Positions 1 through 9,455 of a stretch of 64,000 nt of DNA are shown here, in pieces. Both the position numbers and the translations under genes were made by a program. The stretch is from Sphingomonas sp. (GTDB lineage: Bacteria; Pseudomonadota; Alphaproteobacteria; Sphingomonadales; Sphingomonadaceae). Location: positions 10,096-74,095 of the forward strand of contig JAIELC010000011.1 in the NCBI GenBank assembly GCA_019753375.1. The letters are read 5' to 3'. The notes beneath the pieces are model-generated. The model did not search any database, had not been told where the DNA came from, and saw nothing but the letters and a program-made list of their open reading frames with translations. Each line of letters begins with the position of its first letter. Position 1 is the first letter of the stretch.

Positions 1-10
1 AAGACTGATT

Positions 11-29
11 TCAGACATCGTTGTCATAC
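11..29. promoter_or_regulatory. Putative LacI-family operator (TCAGACATCGTTGTCATAC)
   Basis: Imperfect palindrome GACA-TCGT-TGTC with central CG; 17/19 identical to the site at 4985-5003; LacI gene in the same locus. Confidence 0.7.
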
Positions 30-44
30 ATAGAGGCGAGACCG

Positions 45-1133
45 TTGAAAGAGCAAGTCCGTTATGGGCTGATTGGCACCGGCATGATGGGTGTTGAACA
101 TTTGAACAACCTGGCGATCACGCCGGGCGCCGTTGTGACCGCGCTTGCCGACCCAATGGGCACGTCGCTTGATGGCGCGCGGCGAGCGCTGGGCCAGCGC
201 GCTGAAGGAGTGGAAAGTTTTGAGTCGGCGGCCGCATTGGCCGAGTCCGGCGCGGTTGATGCGGTGATCGTGGCCAGCCCCAACTTCACGCACCGCGAAG
301 TCCTTGAACCGCTGTTCGATGCCGGGCTGAACATCCTGTGCGAAAAGCCGGTTGCCACGACGATCGACCATGCCCGTTGGGTTGTTGAGCGTGCCGCGCA
401 GTCCCCGGGCATTTTCTGGACGGCGATGGAATATCGCTACATGCCCCCGGCCGCCGAATTCATCGCCGCACTGCATGCAGGCAAGGTCGGGCGCCTACAA
501 ATGCTGTCGATCCGGGAACATCGCTTCCCCTTTCTGGTCAAGGTTGGCGACTGGAATCGGTTCGCCCGCAATACCGGCGGCACCATGGTGGAAAAATGCT
601 GCCATTTCTTCGATCTGATGCGCTTGATCGTCCAGTCCGAACCGGTGCGGGTTTATTGTTCGGGCGCGATGGACGTGAACCATCTGGATGAATCCTATGG
701 TGGTGAACGCCCCGACATCATCGACAACAGCTACACTACGGTCGATTTCGCCAATGGCGTGCGCGCGATGCTCGATTTGTCGATGTTTGCCGAAGGCGCG
801 GAAAACCAGGAAGAAATCACCGCAGTTGGCGACAAGGCACGGCTTGACGTGCTGATCCCTGAAGGCGCGATCGTTTATTCGCCGCGGGTTGGCTTTATGA
901 ATCCAAAACAGGTTGAGCGCCGGGTTGTCCATGTCGACGAAGCCGCGCTGAAGGCGGGCAGCCACCATGGATCGACTTTTTACGAGCATCAGAAATTCAT
1001 TGCGGCCGTCCGCGGCGAAGGCGCTGTCGAAGTCACCGCGCATGACGGGATGATGGCGGTCGCAATCGGCGTCGCCGCCGAGCTCAGCGCGCGCGAACAC
1101 CGTGTTGTGACGATGGCCGAATTGGGAGTGTAA
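45..1133 (+). CDS. sqgA: Gfo/Idh/MocA-fold protein, probable GH188 NAD+-dependent sulfoquinovosidase
   Basis: GTGMMG Rossmann motif, CEKP, EYRYMPP, HRFPFLVK (R-x3-L-x-K), EKCCHFFD and HHG motifs resemble GH188 as recalled; start placed at TTG 45 after GAGG RBS (ORF is open from 21). Confidence 0.75.
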   Translation: MKEQVRYGLIGTGMMGVEHLNNLAITPGAVVTALADPMGTSLDGARRALGQRAEGVESFESAAALAESGAVDAVIVASPNFTHREVLEPLFDAGLNILCEKPVATTIDHARWVVERAAQSPGIFWTAMEYRYMPPAAEFIAALHAGKVGRLQMLSIREHRFPFLVKVGDWNRFARNTGGTMVEKCCHFFDLMRLIVQSEPVRVYCSGAMDVNHLDESYGGERPDIIDNSYTTVDFANGVRAMLDLSMFAEGAENQEEITAVGDKARLDVLIPEGAIVYSPRVGFMNPKQVERRVVHVDEAALKAGSHHGSTFYEHQKFIAAVRGEGAVEVTAHDGMMAVAIGVAAELSAREHRVVTMAELGV

Positions 1134-1227
1134 TCGACAAAGCAATTCTTGATGCGGTCCAAGAACGTACCCGGTGCCGCCAACGAAAAAACCATATCAA
1201 TCTAGTGGGACTTTAGGAGGGATGACG

Positions 1228-3636
1228 ATGAAGAGACAGATTTTGCTGGGCGGGACCGCCCTTGTTGCGCTGATGCTGGCCTTGCCGGCAGCCGCCCAAA
1301 CGGCGCCGGCCGATGCAGCCCAAGCGGCCGCTGACACAGAAGATAATTCGGCACAGCCCGGCGATATCATCGTGACGGCGCAGAAGCGGTCAGAACGCTT
1401 GCAGGATGTGCCGGTCGCGGTGTCGGTCGTCGGCGGAGATTTGTTGGCGCAACAGGGCAATGCGAGCCTTGAAGGCGCGGTCAATCTGGTGCCCAGCTTT
1501 AATTTTCTGAAGTCGGGGACCACCCTCAACCAGTCGCTGTTCTTGCGTGGCGTCGGGACTGCAACCTTCTCCATCGCTGGCGAGCCGTCGGTTTCGACCG
1601 TCGTCGATGGGGTCGTCTACAGCCGATCGGGCGAGGCGTTTAGCGAGCTTGTCGATGTCGACCGGATCGAAGTCCTTCGCGGGCCGCAGGGAACGCTGTT
1701 CGGCAAGAACGCCTCCGCAGGCGTTATCAACATTGTGTCGAAACAACCGACCAGGGAATTTGGCGGTTATGTAGACCTCAGCTATCTCACCAATGCCGAG
1801 TATCGGGGCCGCGCCGCCATCAACATTCCGCTGAGCGACTCCATTCGGACTCGCGTTACCGGATTTTACGACAATTATGATGGCAACATTCGCAATATCG
1901 CGGTCAATCGGGTCGTCAATGGTTGGGAACATTATGGCGCGCGCTTGCAGATCGCGGCCGATGTTTCGCCCAGCCTTACGCTGAATTTTACGGCCGACTG
2001 GCACCATAACAGCGACGATTGCTGCGCAGAAATCATTGCAACGCCGCCGATCGTTGGTGCAACGGGCCTGCCGACAACCAACGCGTCGAGCGCAGCGCTG
2101 CCTACCCCGCGCGGCGCCGATACGCGATCGATCAATCAGAACCTGATCACCGCAACCAAGGAAACCGGCTATGGCTTTTCGCTGCAGGGGGATCTGGCGC
2201 TGGGCGGTCATACGCTGACCTCGATCACGGCGTATCGCGATTGGCGAAACACCGAAATCCGTGACGGGGACTGGCTCGATCAAGCCTATATCGGTTTTAA
2301 TCAGCTGCATGATTTCGGGCCGCAGACCGGCCATACCGTTACCCAGGAATTGCGCCTGACGTCACCGGCCAACAAGCCCCTGACCTATGTGCTGGGACTT
2401 TTTTATTCCAACGCGGTCTCTGAACGTATCTTCTCACGCTTTGTGACCCGGTGCGCGGCCGCGACGCCACCAGCCCCAACAACGCTGACGCCGTGTTCCA
2501 GCCCGCTGGCCGCGCCATCAACCTTCCCGACCGGCACTGCCGACTTTGGATCGACTTTCGACAATTTTGCTTTGTTCGGACAGGGCACGCTGAAATTGAC
2601 CGACTGGTTGAAGTTCATCGGCGGCGCGCGGTTCACGTCGGACCATCTGAATGTGTTCCACAGCCGGGTATCGCAGAATCTGGATGTTTCAGGCGGCGTC
2701 CCGGTTGGAACGGCGGGCATTCAGCCCAATTTTGACCAGGGCGTATTTGATTCGGCGGGCGTGAACGGGACCCCGCTGGCCAGCAACGGCGTGCCATGGC
2801 GCGGCCGGACGAGCGCGACCAATTTTTCGGGTAAAGCCGGACTGCAGGCATCGATCACGCGCAACAACACCGCGTACTTCACCTATTCGCGGGGTTATAA
2901 AGGGCCGGCGTTCAACGTCTTCTTCAACCTGAACAAGAACGGGACAAACCCGATCGCGCCGGAAACATCGAATGCATTTGAACTTGGCTTGAAGAATACG
3001 CTGCTCGATGGCCGTCTGGTCTTCAACGTGGCCGCTTTCTACGCCAAATATGATAACTTCCAGGCCAATAATCCCGATCTGGTGGCCGGTGTGGTGGTGA
3101 CGCGCTTTACCAACGCCGGAAAGGTCTCGACCCGTGGCGTCGAAATCGATGCGAGCTTCCGGCCGGTGCCGAGCCTCGTCTTTTCGGGTGGGCTTGCCTA
3201 CACTGATGCGCATGTCGATCAGTTCAGGGTGGCCCCTGGCGCAGCGCCTACCGCAATCATCCCCGCCGGAACGCCGCTGGGGTTTGCACCAAAGTGGAAG
3301 GGAAATGTGCAGGTCGATTATACGATCAAGAGCCTCGACGCCTTCAACATCCAGCTTGGCGCGTCGGGGTCTTACCAGAGTTCGCAGCTCGCCCTGTTCG
3401 CGCCCGATGCCGTCCAGCGGCGGCTCGGCACGATCGGCAGCTATGGCTTGATGAACCTGAGCGCTGGCGTCAGCACCAAAGACGACAAATACCGGCTGAC
3501 GCTCGCGGTTCGTAACCTGCTCGACCAAAGCTTTGCCGCCGCCATCGCCAATGGTGGGCCCGGCGGCGCCTATCGCTATCAGATTCCGCGCGAAGCAGAC
3601 CGGTATTTCTCGGCGACCCTTCACATCGGTTTCTGA
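1228..3636 (+). CDS. TonB-dependent receptor
   Basis: Signal peptide, DIIVTAQKR TonB box, EVLRGPQGTLFGKNASAG plug motif, C-terminal Phe; GGAGG RBS at 1216-1220. Confidence 0.95.
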   Translation: MKRQILLGGTALVALMLALPAAAQTAPADAAQAAADTEDNSAQPGDIIVTAQKRSERLQDVPVAVSVVGGDLLAQQGNASLEGAVNLVPSFNFLKSGTTLNQSLFLRGVGTATFSIAGEPSVSTVVDGVVYSRSGEAFSELVDVDRIEVLRGPQGTLFGKNASAGVINIVSKQPTREFGGYVDLSYLTNAEYRGRAAINIPLSDSIRTRVTGFYDNYDGNIRNIAVNRVVNGWEHYGARLQIAADVSPSLTLNFTADWHHNSDDCCAEIIATPPIVGATGLPTTNASSAALPTPRGADTRSINQNLITATKETGYGFSLQGDLALGGHTLTSITAYRDWRNTEIRDGDWLDQAYIGFNQLHDFGPQTGHTVTQELRLTSPANKPLTYVLGLFYSNAVSERIFSRFVTRCAAATPPAPTTLTPCSSPLAAPSTFPTGTADFGSTFDNFALFGQGTLKLTDWLKFIGGARFTSDHLNVFHSRVSQNLDVSGGVPVGTAGIQPNFDQGVFDSAGVNGTPLASNGVPWRGRTSATNFSGKAGLQASITRNNTAYFTYSRGYKGPAFNVFFNLNKNGTNPIAPETSNAFELGLKNTLLDGRLVFNVAAFYAKYDNFQANNPDLVAGVVVTRFTNAGKVSTRGVEIDASFRPVPSLVFSGGLAYTDAHVDQFRVAPGAAPTAIIPAGTPLGFAPKWKGNVQVDYTIKSLDAFNIQLGASGSYQSSQLALFAPDAVQRRLGTIGSYGLMNLSAGVSTKDDKYRLTLAVRNLLDQSFAAAIANGGPGGAYRYQIPREADRYFSATLHIGF

Positions 3637-3656
3637 TCGGTCCTACACCTCGATTG

Positions 3657-3694
3657 AGGCCCGGCGGAGAATCCCTCCGCCGGGCCTTTTCTTT
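3657..3694 (+). terminator. Rho-independent terminator
   Basis: AGGCCCGGCGGAG/CTCCGCCGGGCCT stem followed by T-rich tail. Confidence 0.85.
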
Positions 3695-3703
3695 GGTCTT
3701 TCA

Positions 3704-4957
3704 TCAATGGCCGAAGACGTGGCCACGCTCGCTTTCGTCGACGGGCTCGATCACGGGTACGAGCAGCTGGATGAACCCTAGCGCCAGCAGGTAACTGCCC
3801 GAACAAATCGCCAGCAGCGGTCCATATCCCCAGCCATGCGACAGCGAAAAAGCGGCCAGCTGGATCAGCCCGATCGACCACATATTGCCGCAGAAGGCTG
3901 CGATCCCGACCGCCGACCCAACCGCCTGGGCGGGAAACACGTCGGTGGCAAAACCGAACAAATTGGTTGAAAATCCCTGATGGGCGAACAGGCCAAGGCC
4001 CAGCAGCAACGCAGCGCTCCAGGGGCTGGACACGAACAACACGCCGGATACCGGCAGAATCAGCAGCGCGTAGATCAACAATGTTGTCTTGCGCGCGCGG
4101 TTGGTGCTCCACCCGACTGCCATCAGCCGGGTAGGTAACCATCCGCCCGTCAACGCCCCACCCGCCGCCATCACATAAACCAGCGCCACCGGCAGACCAA
4201 CGGTACCCTGCGGCAACCCGAACAGCCGGTGAAACAGATCGGGCAGCCACGACAGCATGAAAAACCACACCTGATCCGACAATAGCTTGGCAATCGCCAG
4301 CGCGAGTGTCTTACGATCACGTAGCAAAGCAGACCAGGCAATCGGCGCGGGGACTGCGCCGCTATGTGCCACTGGCTGGACCCGGATCAAGAACCAAACC
4401 ACCACCCACACCAGGCCCAATCCGCCGGCGACCAAAAAGGCAGCGCGCCAGCCGAACATAACCGCCAAAGCCGGGATGGCCAGCGGCGTCACAATCGCCC
4501 CGATGTTCGGCGCGGTATTGCCCACCCCAAGCGCCACCGACCGCTCGCTTTGGGTGAAGTAGGTTGCCGCTGATTTGACTGCAGCCGGGGTTCCGATCGA
4601 CTCTGCGGCTCCAAGCACTACCCGCGCGAGGATGAAGCCGGTCACCCCCGCTGCCACAGCATGCGCCATGCCGGCGAGGCTCCAGACCGCCACGCCGATC
4701 GCAAACCCCAGCTTCAGACCAACCCGGTCGATGAACCAGCCGGTGCCCAGAAACGCCACCGCTGCCGAAAATTGAAAGGCAGAGACCATGTTGGCATAAT
4801 CCTGGTCTGACCAGTTGAATTCGGTCTCGAGTGACGGTTTCAACAGCGCCAGGATCTGACGGTCGACGTAATTGAGCATGATCGCAACGAAGACCATTGC
4901 GACGATAACCCACCGCGCCGCGCCACCCGTACGGGTCGCCGTGCCGCCTGCATTCAT
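3704..4957 (-). CDS. MFS transporter, anion:cation symporter (ExuT/hexuronate-like)
   Basis: LNYVDRQ motif, about 12 TM segments, GWFIDRVG motif A. Confidence 0.9.
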   Translation of the reverse strand: MNAGGTATRTGGAARWVIVAMVFVAIMLNYVDRQILALLKPSLETEFNWSDQDYANMVSAFQFSAAVAFLGTGWFIDRVGLKLGFAIGVAVWSLAGMAHAVAAGVTGFILARVVLGAAESIGTPAAVKSAATYFTQSERSVALGVGNTAPNIGAIVTPLAIPALAVMFGWRAAFLVAGGLGLVWVVVWFLIRVQPVAHSGAVPAPIAWSALLRDRKTLALAIAKLLSDQVWFFMLSWLPDLFHRLFGLPQGTVGLPVALVYVMAAGGALTGGWLPTRLMAVGWSTNRARKTTLLIYALLILPVSGVLFVSSPWSAALLLGLGLFAHQGFSTNLFGFATDVFPAQAVGSAVGIAAFCGNMWSIGLIQLAAFSLSHGWGYGPLLAICSGSYLLALGFIQLLVPVIEPVDESERGHVFGH

Positions 4958-4984
4958 CCGCTCTCTCCGCTCACTAATCTTTTA

Positions 4985-5003
4985 TCAGATAACGTTGTCA
5001 TAC
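4985..5003. promoter_or_regulatory. Putative LacI-family operator (TCAGATAACGTTGTCATAC)
   Basis: Lies in the divergent MFS/YeiH intergenic region; near-duplicate of 11-29. Confidence 0.7.
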
Positions 5004-5054
5004 CCTGTCATGTTCGGCTAGTCCTTTTGATCTGACTCGGTAAAAAGGGCCGCC

Positions 5055-6116
5055 ATGGCGACGTCTAACAGGGGAATGGCACAACGGCGACCGTTGCCGA
5101 TGGCGGCCGATCTTTATGGCGATATCGAGCCATCGCCAAAGGCGGGATGGCGTGACCATGTACCAGGCCTCTTAATTGTCGCAGCAGGAACGCTCTCGGC
5201 AGGGTTCATTTCAGACCATTACGGTGCACCATTAACACTGATGGCCTTGTTGATCGGGCTCGCGCTGAATTTTCTAAGCGCCGATCCTCGGCTCAATCCC
5301 GGCCTGTCCTTTGCCTCGCGGTCGCTTTTGCGCTGGGGGATCGTCCTCGTCGGTGCGCGGGTTACGTTCAGCCAGATCATGGCGCTTGGACCAGTGGCGT
5401 TAATGGCGGTGCTTATCATCGTCATGCTGGTGATCGGTACCGGCATCCTTGCAGCGCGCCGTTTTGGATTTAGCGATGCGTTCGGCACTTTGGCGGGCGG
5501 CGCAGTCGCTATTTGCGGCGCATCCGCGGCGCTGGCGCTGGCAACGACGCTGGGTGAGCGCCGCGCCAGCCAGGCGCAGTTGACGCTGGTTCTGGTCGGC
5601 ATTTCGGCAATGAGCGCGGCCGCTATGGTGCTTTATCCGATCCTTGCGCACCTGCTGCGACTAAGCGATCTGAAGGCAGGCTTCATGCTGGGCGCATCGA
5701 TCCACGACGTCGCGCAGACGTTGGGGGCAGGCTACAGCTATTCCGACGGGGCCGGGCAAATCGCAGCGATTGTCAAACTTACGCGCGTCGCCCTGCTCGC
5801 GCCGCTATTGGCGGTTGTTGCGATGTTTCTCCCCAAGGACGGTCACCGCGCAAAAGGACCGGGCATACCGTGGTTTGTGGTTGGCTTTTTCGTTCTCGCC
5901 GGGCTCAATTCACTGGGCGTCGTTCCCGTGCTTGTTGCGACTGGAGCCGAAAAAACCGCAGGTGCGCTGCTTGCTGCTGCGGTGACCGCGACCGCAATCC
6001 GATCCCCCATGGCGCAATTGCTGGAAGCCGGGCCAAAGCCATTGTTGGTGATCGCATCGGCAACACTGGTCGCGCTGGTACTGTCGCTCGCCACGGCGCT
6101 GTTCCTGATCGGCTAG
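5055..6116 (+). CDS. YeiH/TauZ family putative sulfite/sulfate exporter
   Basis: AICGASAA, GASIHDVAQ and VKLTRV motifs; multi-TM; start could be 5076 or 5100. Confidence 0.88.
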   Translation: MATSNRGMAQRRPLPMAADLYGDIEPSPKAGWRDHVPGLLIVAAGTLSAGFISDHYGAPLTLMALLIGLALNFLSADPRLNPGLSFASRSLLRWGIVLVGARVTFSQIMALGPVALMAVLIIVMLVIGTGILAARRFGFSDAFGTLAGGAVAICGASAALALATTLGERRASQAQLTLVLVGISAMSAAAMVLYPILAHLLRLSDLKAGFMLGASIHDVAQTLGAGYSYSDGAGQIAAIVKLTRVALLAPLLAVVAMFLPKDGHRAKGPGIPWFVVGFFVLAGLNSLGVVPVLVATGAEKTAGALLAAAVTATAIRSPMAQLLEAGPKPLLVIASATLVALVLSLATALFLIG

Positions 6117-6122
6117 GCATAT

Positions 6123-7124
6123 CTAGCGGACCGCCGCCGTCGACCCGCGAATGATCAGTTCGAACGGTACTTCACGGCGTTCGATCGGGCTGTCCGCATC
6201 CGCCAGCAACAAATCGGCAGCAGCATGCGCCATATCGCGCGTCGGCTGGCGGATCGTGGTCAATGGCGGCCAGACATAGCCCGCCAGCGCGGTATCGTCG
6301 AACCCGGCGACCGACAAATCATCGGGAACGTGAACACCGCGCCGATGCGCTGCGGTCAATACGCCGGCGGCCATGTCGTCGCTGGAGGCGAATATCGCGG
6401 TTGGTGGTCTGGCGAGTGACAACAGCGCATCACCCTGCGCCGAGCCACTGGCGAAGTCGTAATTCCCCTGGCGCACCAGCCCCAGATCAAGGTTGATCCC
6501 GGCGTCGCGCAGCGCATTGATGTAGCCGCTCATCCGCTGCGCACTGGTCGCATAGCTTTTATGCCCGGCGATGAAGCCGATCCGGCGATGGCCAAGCGCG
6601 ATCAGATGGCGCGTCATCGCCGCCGCCGCGGCTTCATTGTCGATAAAGGTCGACGAGGTCAGCGTGACATCGGTCCCCGGCGAGACCCGCACGAACCGCA
6701 CCTTGCGGCGCTTGAGCAGGTCGAGCACCGCCGGATAATCGGTCACCGGCGGCGTCAGGATCAGCCCGTCGACGCTGGTGGCTTCGACCAGACTTTCAAT
6801 TTCGTCGATCAGATTGGGCGATTCGCGATCATAAGGCTGGGCAATCATGCGCACCCCGTCGATTTCGCAGCGATCGCGAATACCCGACTGCATTTCATAG
6901 ACATAATAAGGGCTGGGATTGTCGCAGATCAGCGCAATCTGGAACGACCGTTTGCCGGCCAGCGCCCGCGCCGCCACGCTCGGCCGGAAATTGAGCCGCG
7001 CGACCACCGCCGCAACCCGCGCGCGCGTTTCCGGCCCGACATATTTTTCGTTGTTGAGGACGCGCGAGACGGTCTTGATCGAGACCCCGGCTTCGCGCGA
7101 CACATCCTTGATCGTAACTCGCAA
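6123..7124 (-). CDS. LacI family transcriptional regulator
   Basis: TIKDVSREAGVSIKTVSRVLN HTH; SVAGFDD and PPLTTIRQP motifs. Confidence 0.95.
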   Translation of the reverse strand: MRVTIKDVSREAGVSIKTVSRVLNNEKYVGPETRARVAAVVARLNFRPSVAARALAGKRSFQIALICDNPSPYYVYEMQSGIRDRCEIDGVRMIAQPYDRESPNLIDEIESLVEATSVDGLILTPPVTDYPAVLDLLKRRKVRFVRVSPGTDVTLTSSTFIDNEAAAAAMTRHLIALGHRRIGFIAGHKSYATSAQRMSGYINALRDAGINLDLGLVRQGNYDFASGSAQGDALLSLARPPTAIFASSDDMAAGVLTAAHRRGVHVPDDLSVAGFDDTALAGYVWPPLTTIRQPTRDMAHAAADLLLADADSPIERREVPFELIIRGSTAAVR

Positions 7125-7281
7125 TCGCGCCCCCGTTCCGCTAGCGCGCCAGAAATGCTACCGCCGCGCCGCATGAGCGTTACCCGCCCGTCCATCCTGC
7201 AAACCAGCCCCGCTTGCGGCATCTGTGTTATTGGTGTAACACGCAAGGCCGGTCGCGGCGCGGACGAGGTAGAATAACAGC

Positions 7282-9399
7282 ATGCGTCCAGGCCCGTTCG
7301 ATCGTCAACCGCTGAACGCGACGGAAAAGCTTGCCCCGCCCGGCCATGTCCCGCCCGGCCATATCCCACCCGGCGATACCCCGCCCGGCGATCATGCCGA
7401 CTATCCCGACTATCCAGACTATGTCGCCAGCACGCCGCGCCCCCGGCCGAGCCGCTTCCGCTGGATCGTGCGCGGGTTGGCGGGCGCCGCCATGCTGTTT
7501 TTCCTGCTGATCGGCTGGCTGGTGCTGACGGCACCGCTGTCAAAATCGCTGGAACCGCCCGCCCCCCCCAGCATCACCTTGCTGGCCGCCGATGGCACCC
7601 CGATCGCACGGCACGGCGCGATGATCGGCAAGCCGGTCGACGCCGCCACACTGCCCGATCACGTCACCAATGCCTTTATCGCGATCGAGGACCGACGCTT
7701 CCGGTCGCATTGGGGGGTCGATCCCTGGGGGATCACCCGGGCGATGTTCCACAATGTCGCGGCGGGTGGTCTGCGCGAGGGCGGATCGACGATCACGCAA
7801 CAATTGGCGAAAAACGCGTTTCTCGATTCAGACAGGACCGCCGCACGCAAGATCCGCGAAGTGATGATCGCCTTTTGGCTGGAAGCGTGGCTGTCAAAGG
7901 ACGATATTCTGTCGCGTTACCTGTCGAACGTCTATTTCGGGGATAATGTCTACGGCCTGTCGGCGGCGGCAAAGCATTATTTCAGCACCACGCCCGAGCG
8001 GTTGTCGATTGGCCAGGCCGCGATGCTCGCCGGGCTGGTCAAGGCACCGTCCCGGCTGGCGCCGACGGGCAATCTGAAGGGTGCCCAGGCGCGGCAGGCC
8101 TTGGTGGTGGGCGCGATGCAACGCGGCGGCTTTATCAGCGCGGTCGCCGCCAGAGCGGCAGGGCCGGCACAGCTGCGCCCCGACCGGGTCAAGCAATTGC
8201 CCGATGGCACCTATTTTGCCGACTGGGTGCTGCCCGCGGCGCGCGACCAGGCGGGGGCGATCAGCGCCGCCGCCACGGTTACCACCACGCTGGATACCAG
8301 ATTGCAGCGCGCCGCCGAACGGACGGTTCGCCGCGCCGGCCTGAACAGAGCGCAGGTGGCCATGGTGATCATGCGCCCCGATGGCCGCGTGGTCGCGATG
8401 GTGGGCGGGCGCAATTATGCGACCAGCGCGTTCAACCGCGCGACGCAAGCCCGCCGTCAGCCGGGATCGACGTTCAAGCTGTTCGTCTATTTTGCGGCAT
8501 TGCGCAGTGGGTTGACGCCCGATTCAATGGTCGATGACAGCCCGGTCACGATTGGCACATGGTCGCCAAAGAATAATAGCGGCCATTACCGCGGTCCGAT
8601 CACGCTGCGCCAGGCCTTCGCGATTTCCAGCAATGTCGCCGCCGCGCGGCTGACCCAGCAGGTCGGCGTGAAAAATGTGATCCGCGCCGCGCGCGACCTG
8701 GGCATTTCAACCCCTATTCCCGATGAGGCGACGATTGCGCTGGGCACCGCCAATGTATCGCTGCTCGAACTGACCGCAGCCTTTGCCGCGATCGAGCAGG
8801 GCACCTATCCGGTCGAAACGCGCGGGCTGGAGGATGTCGGCGACAAAAGCTGGATTCAGCAACTGACGTCGGCGCCGCGCCGCATGGACGAAGGCCTGCG
8901 GGAACAGATGATGGACTTGCTGGCGGCGTCGATCGCGACCGGGACCGGCCGCCAGGCCGCGCTGTCCATACCGAGCTATGGCAAGACGGGGACCAGCCAG
9001 GACAATCGCGATGCGCTGTTTGTGGGTTTTGCCAATGGCCTCGTCACCGGTGTCTGGGTGGGCAATGACGACAATTCGCCCAATGCCGGCTTGTCGGGCG
9101 GCGGCATCCCGGCGCGCATCTGGCGCGATTTCATGCAGAGCGCGCTGGGCGTCGGCCCGCGCCCGGTCCAGCCCGACGTCCTGCCCGAAATCGATGACGA
9201 AGACGCGATCCCTGATGGCAATAGCGCTGAGCCGGCGCTGGGCGTCGAAGGATCGATCAGCGGATTTGGCCTTAATCTGAACATCAACCATGACGGAACG
9301 ATCGAGGTGCAGCGTGCGCCGGGACGCGATGAATTGCCACCGCCATCGCGACCGGCCGATCGTAATCGCCCGCCTGAACCACCCCCGGGCAATCAATAG
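7282..9399 (+). CDS. Class A penicillin-binding protein (transglycosylase/transpeptidase)
   Basis: EDRRF, GGSTITQQL, RKIRE glycosyltransferase motifs; STFK, SSN, KTG transpeptidase motifs. Confidence 0.95.
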   Translation: MRPGPFDRQPLNATEKLAPPGHVPPGHIPPGDTPPGDHADYPDYPDYVASTPRPRPSRFRWIVRGLAGAAMLFFLLIGWLVLTAPLSKSLEPPAPPSITLLAADGTPIARHGAMIGKPVDAATLPDHVTNAFIAIEDRRFRSHWGVDPWGITRAMFHNVAAGGLREGGSTITQQLAKNAFLDSDRTAARKIREVMIAFWLEAWLSKDDILSRYLSNVYFGDNVYGLSAAAKHYFSTTPERLSIGQAAMLAGLVKAPSRLAPTGNLKGAQARQALVVGAMQRGGFISAVAARAAGPAQLRPDRVKQLPDGTYFADWVLPAARDQAGAISAAATVTTTLDTRLQRAAERTVRRAGLNRAQVAMVIMRPDGRVVAMVGGRNYATSAFNRATQARRQPGSTFKLFVYFAALRSGLTPDSMVDDSPVTIGTWSPKNNSGHYRGPITLRQAFAISSNVAAARLTQQVGVKNVIRAARDLGISTPIPDEATIALGTANVSLLELTAAFAAIEQGTYPVETRGLEDVGDKSWIQQLTSAPRRMDEGLREQMMDLLAASIATGTGRQAALSIPSYGKTGTSQDNRDALFVGFANGLVTGVWVGNDDNSPNAGLSGGGIPARIWRDFMQSALGVGPRPVQPDVLPEIDDEDAIPDGNSAEPALGVEGSISGFGLNLNINHDGTIEVQRAPGRDELPPPSRPADRNRPPEPPPGNQ
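7336..7422 (+). repeat. In-frame tandem repeats in PBP cytoplasmic tail
   Basis: 4 x 15 bp (PPGHV/PPGHI/PPGDT/PPGDH) then 9 bp GACTATCCn units (DYPDYPDY). Confidence 0.85.
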
Positions 9400-9455
9400 C
9401 AATTACGCCCTAATGCGCGGTTGACGGGCTGGCACGTGCGCCGCATGGGCATTTT

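Noticed and set aside
45-1133. myo-inositol 2-dehydrogenase call
   Set aside because: No other iol genes in the window; motifs and the YeiH neighbour fit GH188 better
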